A stretch of DNA of 64,000 nt from an uncultured delta proteobacterium (lineage in GTDB: Bacteria; Bdellovibrionota; FAC87; UBA2466): assembly GCA_963778115.1 (NCBI GenBank), contig CAVZSV010000006.1, forward strand, positions 1 through 64,000, in the 5' to 3' direction. Position numbers and translations under genes: made by a program. Positions 8,656 through 19,340 of this stretch are shown piece by piece. Below the pieces are notes generated by a model. It was not told where the DNA came from, did no database searches, and worked only from the letters and a program-made list of their open reading frames with translations. Within the stretch, counting starts at the first letter, position 1. Each line of letters starts with the position of its first letter.

Positions 8656-11121
8656 ATGGACCGCGCCTGGATCGTTCACAAATTCGGAGGAACTAGCGTT
8701 GCCAACCCGGATCGCTACCGGGACGTTGCACGGCTGGTAGTCAGTGACAAATCTCCGCAAAAAGCCATCATCGTATCGGCGATGAGTGGGGTCACGAACC
8801 AGCTGATTGATCTCACCCAATCGGCGACTCAAAGAAAAGACGGCTACGTCGAACAGATCGATTCTCTTAAGAAACGCCATTTGGAGACGTTGAATCAACT
8901 CGTCCCCAAAGGGGATTCAGGGCTTACCGCCACCTTGGAGACCGACTTTAGCCATCTTAAAGAGATGCTCCGAGGAATTTGGCTCGCTAGAAGCTGCTCC
9001 AATGAGATGGTCGAGCTGATTTCGGGTTATGGTGAACAGTGGTCTGCTCAGTTTTTGAACGCTCACTTAAAGTCCTTGGGCGTTGATTCGTGTTGGCTCG
9101 ATGCCAGGCAAATTTTGACGGTCCGCCCAGAACCCTTGCGTGCGATGGTTGATTGGGAAGTTTCGCAATCCAAGATCGACCAGTGGTTAAAGGCAAATCG
9201 GTACGACACCGTGGTGGTAACCGGATTTATCGCCTCCACCAAGGAAGGGATTCCCACCACTCTCAAACGAAACGGGAGTGATTTTTCGGCCTCGATTTTT
9301 GGGTCCTTGCTAAAAGCCTCCATCATTACGATATGGACCGATGTGGATGGGGTCTATACGGCCGATCCGCGTCTCGTCCCTGAAGCGGTCGTTCTTAACG
9401 AACTTTCTTATAATGAAGCGACGGAATTGGCTTACTTCGGAGCCAAGGTCGTTCATCCGAGCACCATGGCGCCTGCCATCAAAGATGGGATCCCCATCTG
9501 GATCAAAAATACGTTCAGTCCCGAAAAGAAAGGGACCAAGATTCATGACAACCCGTCCTCAGATCGTCCGGTTGCGGGGTTCGCCACTATCGACGGGATG
9601 GCGCTCATTAATTTGGAAGGGACCGGAATGATCGGAGTTCCTGGAGTCGCTGAAAGGCTCTTCGGGGCGCTTAAAGAGGTGGGCGTTTCCGTTGTTATGA
9701 TCTCGCAGGCTAGTTCCGAGCATTCGATCTGTTTTGCCATTCCCGAAGGGCAGGCGGATCTCGCGAAAAATACGGTTGAAAAAACCTTTTATGGTGAACT
9801 TCGCCAGGCCCAGCTTCAGACCGTAAGTGTTACCCCAAGATGCACGATTTTAGCGATTGTCGGCGATAACATGGCTCAAAAGCCAGGCGTCGCCGGTCGA
9901 TTTCTGGGGGCCCTGGGAAATGCTGGTGTGAACGTGAGAGCTATCGCTCAGGGATCTTCGGAGAGAAATATTTCCGTAGTCATCGATGGTATCCATTCGA
10001 CCAAAGGCGTGCGGGCCGCCCATGCGGCGTTTTATCTTTCGCCGCAAACGTTATCGATCGGTGTTATTGGTTGCGGTCTTATCGGTGGCACTTTCTTGGA
10101 TCAATTGCGAGATCAAATCGGAAATCTAAAAAGCGGCTCTAATATCGATTTGCGAGTCCGTGCCGTGATGAACTCTCGGAAGATGAAACTCGAGGAGCAT
10201 CAGTTAGATTTAAAAGAATGGCGCAAGTCCCTGGAGACCGCCACGGAAAGTGCTCAACTCGAAAAGTTTATTAGCCATCTAGAGACCGATCACATTCCTC
10301 ACACGGTAGTGATCGATTGCACGGCCAATGAGACCGTTCCCAGCCACTATCCGGAATGGATCAAAAGAGGAATCCACATTATTACTCCCAATAAGAAGGG
10401 AAATGGAGGGCCGCTCAGTCTGTACCGGGAAATAGAATCCGCATGCCATTCGACTGGAAGGCATTTTCTGTATCAGACCACTGTAGGGGCTGGGCTTCCT
10501 CTGCTTCGAACGTTGCGGGATTTGGTAAAGACCGGGGATAAGATACTTCAAGTAGAGGGGATCTTATCGGGAACGCTCTCTTTCTTGCTGAACTCTTTCG
10601 ATGGGTCTGAACCTTTTTCTCAGATCGTTTTGAAAGCTAAATCGTTGGGATACACCGAGCCCGACCCTAGAGAAGATCTCTCTGGGATGGACTTTGCTCG
10701 AAAGATAGTCATTTTGGCGCGCGAGATGGGCCTTAGTATGGAGCTCGAAGATCTCTTCGTTCAAAATCTCGTTGCGGAGCCTTTGAGAAAAATTTCTTTA
10801 GACGGGTTTCTAAAGCGGTTACCTGAAGCGGACGCTGAGATGGATAGGCTTCTTAAGGAGTCCCGAGCCAAACACGAAGTGCTTCGCTATGTGGGAACTA
10901 TTCAGCCCACCGGAAAATCGAGTGTCCAACTCAAGAGCTTTCCGTTGACGCATCCCTTTGTAGGCCTTTCAGGCACCGATAACATCGTTGCTTTCACAAC
11001 CGCGCGGTATCAAACCCAACCTTTAATCGTTAGAGGACCTGGCGCTGGTCCTCATGTCACCGCGGGGGGGGTTTTTGCAGATCTACTTCGTTTAGTGAGT
11101 TATTTGGGAGGTCCCGCGTGA
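8656..11121 (+). CDS. thrA: Bifunctional aspartokinase / homoserine dehydrogenase I
   Basis: VHKFGGTSV, WTDVDGVYTADPR, ACT domains (ISQASSEHSI, IAQGSSERNIS), GCGLIG, GYTEPDPREDLSG, GPGAG. Confidence 0.97.
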   Translation: MDRAWIVHKFGGTSVANPDRYRDVARLVVSDKSPQKAIIVSAMSGVTNQLIDLTQSATQRKDGYVEQIDSLKKRHLETLNQLVPKGDSGLTATLETDFSHLKEMLRGIWLARSCSNEMVELISGYGEQWSAQFLNAHLKSLGVDSCWLDARQILTVRPEPLRAMVDWEVSQSKIDQWLKANRYDTVVVTGFIASTKEGIPTTLKRNGSDFSASIFGSLLKASIITIWTDVDGVYTADPRLVPEAVVLNELSYNEATELAYFGAKVVHPSTMAPAIKDGIPIWIKNTFSPEKKGTKIHDNPSSDRPVAGFATIDGMALINLEGTGMIGVPGVAERLFGALKEVGVSVVMISQASSEHSICFAIPEGQADLAKNTVEKTFYGELRQAQLQTVSVTPRCTILAIVGDNMAQKPGVAGRFLGALGNAGVNVRAIAQGSSERNISVVIDGIHSTKGVRAAHAAFYLSPQTLSIGVIGCGLIGGTFLDQLRDQIGNLKSGSNIDLRVRAVMNSRKMKLEEHQLDLKEWRKSLETATESAQLEKFISHLETDHIPHTVVIDCTANETVPSHYPEWIKRGIHIITPNKKGNGGPLSLYREIESACHSTGRHFLYQTTVGAGLPLLRTLRDLVKTGDKILQVEGILSGTLSFLLNSFDGSEPFSQIVLKAKSLGYTEPDPREDLSGMDFARKIVILAREMGLSMELEDLFVQNLVAEPLRKISLDGFLKRLPEADAEMDRLLKESRAKHEVLRYVGTIQPTGKSSVQLKSFPLTHPFVGLSGTDNIVAFTTARYQTQPLIVRGPGAGPHVTAGGVFADLLRLVSYLGGPA

Positions 11122-12083
11122 AGGCGGTGACCGTCTTTGCTCCTGCAACCGTAGCTAATGTCGCTGTGGGTTTTGATCTCTTGGGCTTTCCCATTGAGGG
11201 GGTAGGGGATCTGATTACCGTCACCCAGACTAAGGAGCCCCTGGTCTGCATTGAAGAGATAGGCGTTCAAAATCAGATCGTCGAGGCCAAGACTATCCAA
11301 GAACTACGATCTCTTCCCACCGATCCGCTAAAAAACTCTTGCACCAAAGGGCTGGTAAAGCTCATTGAAGACAAGAGATTGAAGTTTGGATTTTCGGTGA
11401 AGATCAAAAAAGGCATTCCTTTAGGATCGGGCATGGGCGGATCGGCGGCGAGTGCGGTGGGGGCCGTTGTTGCGGCAAATCGTTTTCTTAAAAAACCGCT
11501 TCGAATAGAAGAATTACTCTCCTACGCGCTGGTGGGTGAGGAGGCGGCGAGTGGGGCAAAGCATGCAGATAACGTAGCCCCTTGCCTCTATGGAGGCTTA
11601 GTTTTAACTCGAAAGCTAGAGCCTGCGGATATCATTGCTTTGCCGATCCCTAGGGAAATCCTATGTGTGGTGGTTCATCCCAACCTGCGCGTGGATACCA
11701 AAGCGGCACGAGAAATACTTTCTCCCCAGCTCTCTTTAAAAACCCACGTGGAGCAGTCTTCTTACCTGAGTGGTTTTATCGCGGGCTGTTTTCTAAAAGA
11801 CTGTGACATGATCGGACGATCGCTCTGTGATGTTCTTATCGAACCGCAGCGATCCGGGTTGGTGCCGGGCTTTGACTTGGTAAAAGCCGCGGCTCTTAGT
11901 GCGGGAGCGATGGGCTGCTCACTTTCAGGGTCAGGCCCAAGCCTTTTTGCTTGGGTGATTTCTGAAAGAAAGGCAAAAAAAGTAAAGGCCGCCATGCTCG
12001 AAGCCTTTGCGGTTTCAGGGCTAAGCGGACAAGCTTGGATCTCTGCGATCCGTAAAAAGGGCGCTGGGGTCGTTGCCAGATGA
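11118..12083 (+). CDS. thrB: Homoserine kinase
   Basis: APATVANVAVGFD, GHMP motif KGIPLGSGMGGSAAS, HADNVAP, SGSGPS; overlaps the thrA stop. Confidence 0.96.
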   Translation: MKAVTVFAPATVANVAVGFDLLGFPIEGVGDLITVTQTKEPLVCIEEIGVQNQIVEAKTIQELRSLPTDPLKNSCTKGLVKLIEDKRLKFGFSVKIKKGIPLGSGMGGSAASAVGAVVAANRFLKKPLRIEELLSYALVGEEAASGAKHADNVAPCLYGGLVLTRKLEPADIIALPIPREILCVVVHPNLRVDTKAAREILSPQLSLKTHVEQSSYLSGFIAGCFLKDCDMIGRSLCDVLIEPQRSGLVPGFDLVKAAALSAGAMGCSLSGSGPSLFAWVISERKAKKVKAAMLEAFAVSGLSGQAWISAIRKKGAGVVAR

Positions 12084-13351
12084 AATTTGTCAGCACCCGA
12101 AATAAAGCTCCCGCCGTGACTTTTTCGCAAGCGCTGGGGAGTAGCTTGGCTCCCGACGGAGGGCTTTACGTTCCCGAGGTCTTCCCCCAGTTTCAAGTGT
12201 CTGACTTCACCGAAGGCAACGATCCCAAAGACATCGGGAGTTGTTTGCTAGCTCCTTTCTTTGCGGGTAACCCTCTGGAAAAAGATCTTATTTCTCTATG
12301 CCAGAGCACGCTCGACTTTCCCATTCCACTACGAGAGCTGCCTCACGCCACTTCGGTGCTTGAACTCTTTCACGGTCCGACGGCGGCGTTCAAAGATGTA
12401 GGGGCGAAATTTCTGGCGAATGCGGTGGAGCATTTGAAGCCTCGCTCTACCCATCCTAGGGTTGTGTTGGTTGCCACGTCGGGAGACACGGGTGGGGCTG
12501 TGGCATCGGCATTTTATAAGAAAAAGGGCTTTCAGGTTTTTATCCTTTTTCCCAAAGGAAAGATCTCGGCCCGGCAAGAAAAGCAATTAACGGCATGGGG
12601 AGACAATGTGCGTGCCTTTGCCGTTAACGGAGACTTTGATGCTTGTCAGAAGATAGTCAAAGAGGCATTTGCGGACACCTGGTGGAAAGATCATTGGGAA
12701 CTGCTCTCCGCAAACAGCATCAACGTAGGAAGGTTAGTTCCGCAGCAGATCTATTATGCCGCTTCGTCGCTACAGTATTTTCGTGAAAAGAAGGTTCCAC
12801 CGAACTATGTCATTCCGACTGGAAATTTAGGAAATGCAGTCGCTGCATTGTGGGTGAAACGCTCAGGCCTTCCCATCGGGAAAGTCGTTCTTGCCACCAA
12901 CGCCAACCTGTCCATTGCGAAATATTTTCAATCGGGAAAATGGGCTCCCGATCCTACCGTAGCTACTTTGGCCAACGCGATGGATGTGGGAAATCCTAGT
13001 AATATGGAAAGGCTCTTTAGCCTATACCCCACCTACCACGATTTGGTTCAAGACGTAAGCTGCGTATCGGTATCCGATGACCAGATCCGAAAAACCATTC
13101 AACAGGGCGAGAATAAATACGGGCAGATCTGGTGCCCCCATACGGCGACAGCCGTATTTGCCCGAGAAAAACAGCAGGGTAGTCACTGGATCATTGTTGC
13201 CACGGCCCATCCGTCAAAGTTCGATTCGATCGTAGAGCCGTTAGTGGGCCATCCCATTGAAATTCCCAAAGAGCTAGCTAAGCTTCTACAAAAAGAGTCG
13301 GTTTTTACCGAGATAGCTGCGACGTTGCAAGCCTTGCGAGAGGCTATCTAA
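12080..13351 (+). CDS. thrC: Threonine synthase
   Basis: LAPDGGLYVP, ELFHGPTAAFKD (PLP lysine), ATSGDTG, SANSINVGR, PTGNLGN, ATAHPSKF. Confidence 0.96.
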   Translation: MKFVSTRNKAPAVTFSQALGSSLAPDGGLYVPEVFPQFQVSDFTEGNDPKDIGSCLLAPFFAGNPLEKDLISLCQSTLDFPIPLRELPHATSVLELFHGPTAAFKDVGAKFLANAVEHLKPRSTHPRVVLVATSGDTGGAVASAFYKKKGFQVFILFPKGKISARQEKQLTAWGDNVRAFAVNGDFDACQKIVKEAFADTWWKDHWELLSANSINVGRLVPQQIYYAASSLQYFREKKVPPNYVIPTGNLGNAVAALWVKRSGLPIGKVVLATNANLSIAKYFQSGKWAPDPTVATLANAMDVGNPSNMERLFSLYPTYHDLVQDVSCVSVSDDQIRKTIQQGENKYGQIWCPHTATAVFAREKQQGSHWIIVATAHPSKFDSIVEPLVGHPIEIPKELAKLLQKESVFTEIAATLQALREAI

Positions 13352-14361
13352 AGCTTTCCCAAATACTCGGCGATTTGAACGGCATTGGTTGCCGCTCCTT
13401 TTCGAAGATTGTCCGCCACGACCCAAAGGGCTAATCCATGAGGAACGGTCGGATCCTTTCGCAGTCGCCCTACAAAAACTTGATCTTTTCCTTGCGCATC
13501 GAGCGCTTCAGGCACAGCACCCGCCTTATATTCGTTTCGAAAGATAACCCCCGGGGCCTTGGCCATGAGGGCGGCCGCTTCTTCCACGGAGATGGGATTG
13601 TGGAATTCGACGTTGATGGATTCCGAATGGCCGATGCGCACCGGAACCCGAACGGTGGTCGGAGCGATTTGTATCGCGTCATCTCCAAAAATCTTTCGGG
13701 TCTCCCGAATCATTTTCCATTCCTCTTCGGAGTAGCCGTCTTCGCCTACCTTCCAATCATACGCGAGGACGTTCCCCGCCAATCTCCCCGCATGCGCGGT
13801 GGGGCGTGGAATAGGGCGTCCTGACGCCATGGCTATGAGCTGCGCATCGAGATCCATAAGACCCGTGGCCCCTTTCCCTGAAGAGGCCTGATACGTCGAG
13901 ACGACGATACGTTTTATTTTAGCTTTTTCATGCAGAGGTTTTAGCGCCACTACCATTTGGATCGTCGAGCAATTTGGATTGGCGACGATTCCCTTGGGGA
14001 TCAGCGACAAGGTGTCGGCATTAACCTCGGGAACCACCAAGGGAACGTTGGGATCCATGCGCCATGCGCTTGAATTATCAATGACGATAGCCCCGCTACT
14101 TGCTGCGATAGGCGACCATTCGGTGCTGATGGCAGATGGGGTACTAGAGAGCACGTAGTCAATGCCTTGAAAAGAGTTCTTTGAAAGGCCTTGAATCGGA
14201 ATCGATTCATTGCGAAAGGACACTTTTTTTCCGGCACTTTTTGGAGAGGCCAAGAGTCTTAACGACGCTAAGGGAAAGTCTCTCTCCTCAAGAAGCTTTC
14301 GCATCATCTCGCCGACGGCTCCGGTGGCTCCGACGATAGCAACATGAAAGGATTTCGACAT
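13348..14361 (-). CDS. asd: Aspartate-semialdehyde dehydrogenase
   Basis: VGATGAVG, IDNSSAWRM, VVPEVN, ANPNCST (catalytic Cys), VRVPV..GHSE, DNLRKGAATNAVQIAE. Confidence 0.97.
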   Translation of the reverse strand: MSKSFHVAIVGATGAVGEMMRKLLEERDFPLASLRLLASPKSAGKKVSFRNESIPIQGLSKNSFQGIDYVLSSTPSAISTEWSPIAASSGAIVIDNSSAWRMDPNVPLVVPEVNADTLSLIPKGIVANPNCSTIQMVVALKPLHEKAKIKRIVVSTYQASSGKGATGLMDLDAQLIAMASGRPIPRPTAHAGRLAGNVLAYDWKVGEDGYSEEEWKMIRETRKIFGDDAIQIAPTTVRVPVRIGHSESINVEFHNPISVEEAAALMAKAPGVIFRNEYKAGAVPEALDAQGKDQVFVGRLRKDPTVPHGLALWVVADNLRKGAATNAVQIAEYLGKL

Positions 14362-14459
14362 GGCGTTCTCCTAATGGCTCTGCTCTACACCAACTACCCA
14401 CGAAGCCAGTTTAGAAAGTAGACGTAACTGGGTTTCCTGTCATCTGCTCGGTGTCACCG

Positions 14460-14495
14460 AAAAAAAAAGCCAGGCCCTTTTTGAGGGCCTGGCTT
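14460..14495 (-). terminator. Rho-independent terminator of the FG-GAP gene
   Basis: Minus-strand stem AGCCAGGCCCT / AGGGCCTGGCT followed by a T-run (A9 on + at 14460-14468), about 15 nt after the stop at 14511. Confidence 0.88.
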
Positions 14496-14510
14496 CGGTC
14501 GTTGACGCGT

Positions 14511-16637
14511 TTATTGGACTGAGCCTGGTGTCCCGTTGCCAGTAGGTAATGAGACATTGATCGTTATCGAAGGGCTCAGAGCCGTATTCGGGGTATTGAG
14601 CGGGGCTCCCGTGAAGATTCCTATCTCTCCCGTGGCATTGTTTCCGTAGCCGTAGGCATTGTAGGGAGAGTATTCCACGAATAGGCTATCGAAAGTATTT
14701 TGGCCTAGTCGCTTCACCGCGACCGATGTTCCTGCGAACAGCGGCGGATATCCCGAGATATAGGGAATGATAACCTCTGGTGTAGTCTGCAGTGCGCCAG
14801 CTTTGCTGTGATAGACATAGACATCCCCGTTTTGTGTAGTCACGGCGAGATCGGAAATCCCATCCCCGTTAAAATCGCCGGCAATGAGTTGATCTCCGAA
14901 CTCAATGAAAGGTTGCGGAGACTCAAGCACCGCATTGGCCACTTGTCGGGTCAGGCTATTGCCGACATCCGAGAAGAGATAGACCGCTCCGGTAAAATTA
15001 GCCGAAGCAAGATCATTCAGAGGAGAACCCACCGCGATGTCGAGCTTTCCGTCACCATCGAAATCTCCTACGGCGAAGCTATAGCCGAGCCCATAAGGAA
15101 TAGACGGGGCTGTTGTCGTAGGTTTTAGGCTTGCCACGAGATACTTGTAGGGAGTCGCTCCCGCCGAGGATGACATAATGCCTTGAGGAGTTCCGCTAAA
15201 CAGGTAAGCCGTACCTCCGAAAGTCAGACATTCCGATGCGGGAGTAGTCCCACTAAAGCAGTTCTCTCCTACAACGACGTCGTAAGGAGCTCCCACGAAG
15301 ATATCCGCATAACCATCACCGTTTAGGTCTCCTACATAACCCACCACCGTTCCGAAGCTTTCCGGGTAGGTCCCTTGCGTTGCAATGGGAGCGGTAAGAA
15401 CATGAGGTTGCATCCCCGAGCTTAGGGTGGGGGCACCGTAGTACAAATTAACTCCGCTACAAACGTAGGTTCCACATCCTATGATGAGATCTCCGTAACC
15501 ATCTCCGTTGATATCTCCCACCCCCGCCAGCGATCCTGCCGCGTTGCCGTAGCTTGGAGTACGACCGAAAGTCGGGCCAAACGAGGGCCCACTTAGAGCC
15601 GCTACCGGCGTTAGCATTGCCTGGGGATTGGAGTTACCCAGGAAAATGGAGGCTTGAATGGTTCCCATATCAGCGATTTGTGTTTCGCCGATTACGATGT
15701 CGCCATAGCCGTCTCCATTGAGATCTCCTGCAAAGACAGCCGTTCCTGCTCCGCTATCCGAATCATTGCTGGAGGGAGCCGGAATGGTAAGCGAAGGGGT
15801 CGAGGGGAAAGTTCCCGCCGCATTTCCAAAGAAAACGTAGGCACCTCCCGTGGATCCGCCCCAGACGATCAGATCAGCATAGCCGTCCCCATTGACGTCT
15901 TTATTGAGTCCTCGGCTTACCCGGAACAAAGAACTTTGGGATAGGACATTGCCGTCACCATCAAGCGTTTGGATCTGTACGGTGTGTTTACTTCCCGTCC
16001 GCCAGCGGGGGAGAGAAACCTTCCAATTGCTAGTCCCTTGAGCCATCACTTGTTGAGTTCCATCGAACAGGGCTCGAACTCCAACGTTGGTGACGCCGGT
16101 TCCGCTGGTGGAGGTTCCGACTAGGAAGCCGGTCTCTAGCGTTTTGTTTTGAGACAGGTTGGGGGTAGTGATCGAGGGGGGCGTTCCCACCGTAGCGAGC
16201 TTTATCGGCCCAAAGACTTCGACTTGAGAGCGACTTTTATTTTCGATGAGAATCCAGCTCTGTTTGTCACCGGCTTGGGTATACGTAGTTGTCACGTTCA
16301 CGGTGGTTTTCTGTCCAGAGGCGATGCTGGGAAGTGTAGCGAACACATGAGGGGTCGTTTGCGGATCGTCTTGAGTGTAGGCGTTAGGTGCCGTGCTCAG
16401 ATTATTAAAAAGAACTAACGTTTGGTTGGTCGCCGCTCCCATTCCCGGTTTGTTTTCGACCACGATGGAAAAGCTAATTGGCTTGTTAACGATGGCGGTA
16501 CTCGAGGCGGGTGTTGCAGAAAGGACTTCTGGGTCTCCCGATGGTGGTGGCGCCATCGCGAATGACTTGGTCGAGAGTGCCACGCCAGTAATGAGTAAGT
16601 TAGCGAAGAGATGTCTCAGAGTTTTTGAAAACTTCAT
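14511..16637 (-). CDS. Exported FG-GAP (integrin-alpha-like) beta-propeller protein with N-terminal Ig-like domains
   Basis: Signal peptide; six D(V/L/I/F)(N/D)GDG..D Ca-binding motifs with VGAP/VGSP and G.AY/VY segments. Confidence 0.9.
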   Translation of the reverse strand: MKFSKTLRHLFANLLITGVALSTKSFAMAPPPSGDPEVLSATPASSTAIVNKPISFSIVVENKPGMGAATNQTLVLFNNLSTAPNAYTQDDPQTTPHVFATLPSIASGQKTTVNVTTTYTQAGDKQSWILIENKSRSQVEVFGPIKLATVGTPPSITTPNLSQNKTLETGFLVGTSTSGTGVTNVGVRALFDGTQQVMAQGTSNWKVSLPRWRTGSKHTVQIQTLDGDGNVLSQSSLFRVSRGLNKDVNGDGYADLIVWGGSTGGAYVFFGNAAGTFPSTPSLTIPAPSSNDSDSGAGTAVFAGDLNGDGYGDIVIGETQIADMGTIQASIFLGNSNPQAMLTPVAALSGPSFGPTFGRTPSYGNAAGSLAGVGDINGDGYGDLIIGCGTYVCSGVNLYYGAPTLSSGMQPHVLTAPIATQGTYPESFGTVVGYVGDLNGDGYADIFVGAPYDVVVGENCFSGTTPASECLTFGGTAYLFSGTPQGIMSSSAGATPYKYLVASLKPTTTAPSIPYGLGYSFAVGDFDGDGKLDIAVGSPLNDLASANFTGAVYLFSDVGNSLTRQVANAVLESPQPFIEFGDQLIAGDFNGDGISDLAVTTQNGDVYVYHSKAGALQTTPEVIIPYISGYPPLFAGTSVAVKRLGQNTFDSLFVEYSPYNAYGYGNNATGEIGIFTGAPLNTPNTALSPSITINVSLPTGNGTPGSVQ

Positions 16638-16948
16638 ACGTTTCCTCTTGGTAAAAGGGTTAGGGGACCGTCTGCTTACTTAGCGATAAATACGGAGAAA
16701 CTAGCTCATTACTTTAAGATTATGATTTCAAGTATTTAGGAGTTATTACTCAAGCGCTTAAGTCCCGCTAAGCTAAGCGTGATAGCGGTTCAAACCAATG
16801 CAGGGATTTCCCCTACGAGACAAAAGTTGCCGCTTTGAGTTAGATGAGATTTCGAAATAATTTCAAATTCCTTGCCGTACGAAGCGAATGAGATTTAAGT
16901 AAGGAAGTAATTGTCTGCAAACCGGGAGCGGGGGGAGAAAGCATTAGC

Positions 16949-18031
16949 TTGTTATTAAACATCTTAGAAACTCCGTCCTATGGTTATGAACGTAACGGAG
17001 AACTGTACAAACCAACCAAGAAAGAGATCTTTCGAGAATTCTTCCATCGCCTAAACGTATTCCGCGATCGTAGAAACTGGGTTCAGACTTTCTGTTGGGC
17101 TTCTACGCTAACGTTTGCCATTCCTTTCGTTCTTTTCTTTACCGTTTACTTCAGCTGGAAACTCTTTCTTGTAGGTTTCATCTACAGCATGGTCATCCTG
17201 GGGACTCATGGGACCATTTGGTACCATCGCTACGCCACCCACCGTGGCTATACCTTCAGCCATCCTTTTTGGCGTTTCATCACCAAGAATTTAGTCATTA
17301 AAATTATTCCTGACGAGTTGTACGTGGTATCTCACCATGTTCACCATTATGTCCCCGAAAAGCCGGGCGATCCCTATAACGCGCATGGGGGATGGCTTTA
17401 CTGCTTTTTGGCCGATGCCATCCACCAACCGATCGCCAAAAATCTTTCTAGATCCGATTACCAACGGGCTATTCATTTGATGGATCACACGGGAATTCAC
17501 ATGAATTCCTACGAACAGTACCAAAAGTGGGGGTCCATCTGTCATCCGGCGTGGACGCTCCTCCATTTCACTTTAAACTGGGCCTTTTGGTGGGGTGCCT
17601 TCTATTTAATAGGAGGAACTGCGCTTGCGGTGGCGATCTTTGCCTCTGCGGGAGTCTGGGCCGTGGGAGTAAGAACGTTCAATTACGACGGCCATGGTGG
17701 TGGTAAGGACAAAAGAAAGACGGGAATCGATTTTAATCGCAAAGATCTCTCGATCAACCAGTTGTGGCCGGGACTCGTCACGGGGGAATGGCACAATAAC
17801 CACCATCTCTATCCTCGAGGCGCAAGAGCGGGTTTTTTGCCTCACCAACTCGATTACGCTTGGTACTACATTATTATCTGCGCGAAGCTTGGGATGGTGG
17901 ATAGCTACCGAGACGACAAAGCTCGTTTTTTCGAAGAGCACTATAATCCCTATTTAGCGCAGCAAAAATTAGCCCCGAGGGCGATGCCCTCTTCGCCTCC
18001 CAGGCTAAGCGCGCCGCCCGCGCACAGCTAA
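16949..18031 (+). CDS. Membrane fatty-acid desaturase (delta-9-like)
   Basis: His boxes HRYATH, HHVHH and WHNNHH plus TM segments. Confidence 0.9.
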   Translation: MLLNILETPSYGYERNGELYKPTKKEIFREFFHRLNVFRDRRNWVQTFCWASTLTFAIPFVLFFTVYFSWKLFLVGFIYSMVILGTHGTIWYHRYATHRGYTFSHPFWRFITKNLVIKIIPDELYVVSHHVHHYVPEKPGDPYNAHGGWLYCFLADAIHQPIAKNLSRSDYQRAIHLMDHTGIHMNSYEQYQKWGSICHPAWTLLHFTLNWAFWWGAFYLIGGTALAVAIFASAGVWAVGVRTFNYDGHGGGKDKRKTGIDFNRKDLSINQLWPGLVTGEWHNNHHLYPRGARAGFLPHQLDYAWYYIIICAKLGMVDSYRDDKARFFEEHYNPYLAQQKLAPRAMPSSPPRLSAPPAHS

Positions 18032-18129
18032 GTAGTTCGAGAAAAATCTCTATAAATTCAAGCCGAATTGTGGACGGAACTCATCTTTTGCGACAGCACC
18101 CCATGAGAGTTCGTTGATACCCTTTATTC

Positions 18130-19320
18130 ATGGAGAAAGTGGTACGTATCGCTATCGTTCTAGGGGGGCTATTGCCTTTGCAAGCGGCCCACGGTGTGGT
18201 GAGCATCACCAAACCGTTAACGTCCTCGATTTCAGGCTCGATGTCAGGAATGGCTCGACGCCACTGGGATGCGTGGGATTTTTTTGTCCCGGTTTGGCGC
18301 TCCGCTAGTCTTTCCAAGATCGAAGAGATGGAAAAAGATGCCGCTTTCCAAAACTATCTGCTTAACGATCCCGAGCATCGACTGGGAAATGAGTTTCAAG
18401 TCCCTCCCGCCATGCGCGATAGAGTTCGCTTTTGGCTCCGGGTGTACACCACTTTCGATGGCCGCTATCAGATAATTCACGATAAGGACGATCTTTCGAT
18501 TATTTATGGAGTGATCGATTTTACTCCTCTTTACCAGTGCGTTCGCCCTTCCAAATACGTGATCGAAAAGCAAAGGCTACTCATTGAAAAAGGGGTACTA
18601 AAGGAGCTGGGAAGAAGGCTAGCTCGAGTCACTAGGCCTCGCTTTCAAAATCGACAAGCCTCTAAAGAGATTAGTCGTTTGTGGAGCTTTACCCAAACGG
18701 TGCCAGCGAAAGAGCGCCGCTATTTGGCCCAGAATCTAAGGGCCCAGTTAGGACAAAAAGAGATCTTCCTCTTAGCGATAAATCGTTCTGACGGCCAGTT
18801 GTCGGAACTTGAGACTATCTTTTCGGAGCAAGCCCTTCCCGTAGGATTGACTCGAATTCCTTTCGTGGAGAGTGCGTTCAACCGAAACGCGAAATCTAAG
18901 GGGGGAGCCATCGGTGTGTGGCAATTCATTCCGCGCACGGCAGGTGAATGGATCGATCACAGCGATCGGTTGCTTTGGAGAAACACATTGCTCCAGACCT
19001 ACGCGGCCGCTCGTCTTTTCAAGAGATGGAGGCGATCGTTTCCGGATTGGGGCAGTACTGTCACTGCCTATAATTCTGGAATTACCCGCGTAAAGAAGCT
19101 CGAAAAAAAATATCATCTCAGGGGAGTGGAGGATTTGGTGGCACTGGACCCCAAACAGGGAGGGCTAAAATTTGCGGGACGAAATTACTTTGCCGAACTC
19201 TTGGCGGCCCACTTGGCCCTCGAGTACAGCGACAGACTCGCGACCACTTCGAGGGAAAGTGTCGAAAAAACACTAACCCACTCCTTACTTCCTACGAGTT
19301 CCGCGTATTGCCGCCGGTGA
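18130..19320 (+). CDS. Lytic transglycosylase (SLT domain, MltD-like)
   Basis: IPFVESAFN (catalytic Glu), AKSKGGAIGVWQFIP.T, TAYNSG, RNYFAE. Confidence 0.9.
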   Translation: MEKVVRIAIVLGGLLPLQAAHGVVSITKPLTSSISGSMSGMARRHWDAWDFFVPVWRSASLSKIEEMEKDAAFQNYLLNDPEHRLGNEFQVPPAMRDRVRFWLRVYTTFDGRYQIIHDKDDLSIIYGVIDFTPLYQCVRPSKYVIEKQRLLIEKGVLKELGRRLARVTRPRFQNRQASKEISRLWSFTQTVPAKERRYLAQNLRAQLGQKEIFLLAINRSDGQLSELETIFSEQALPVGLTRIPFVESAFNRNAKSKGGAIGVWQFIPRTAGEWIDHSDRLLWRNTLLQTYAAARLFKRWRRSFPDWGSTVTAYNSGITRVKKLEKKYHLRGVEDLVALDPKQGGLKFAGRNYFAELLAAHLALEYSDRLATTSRESVEKTLTHSLLPTSSAYCRR

Positions 19321-19340
19321 GACCAATGACGTCAACGAGA

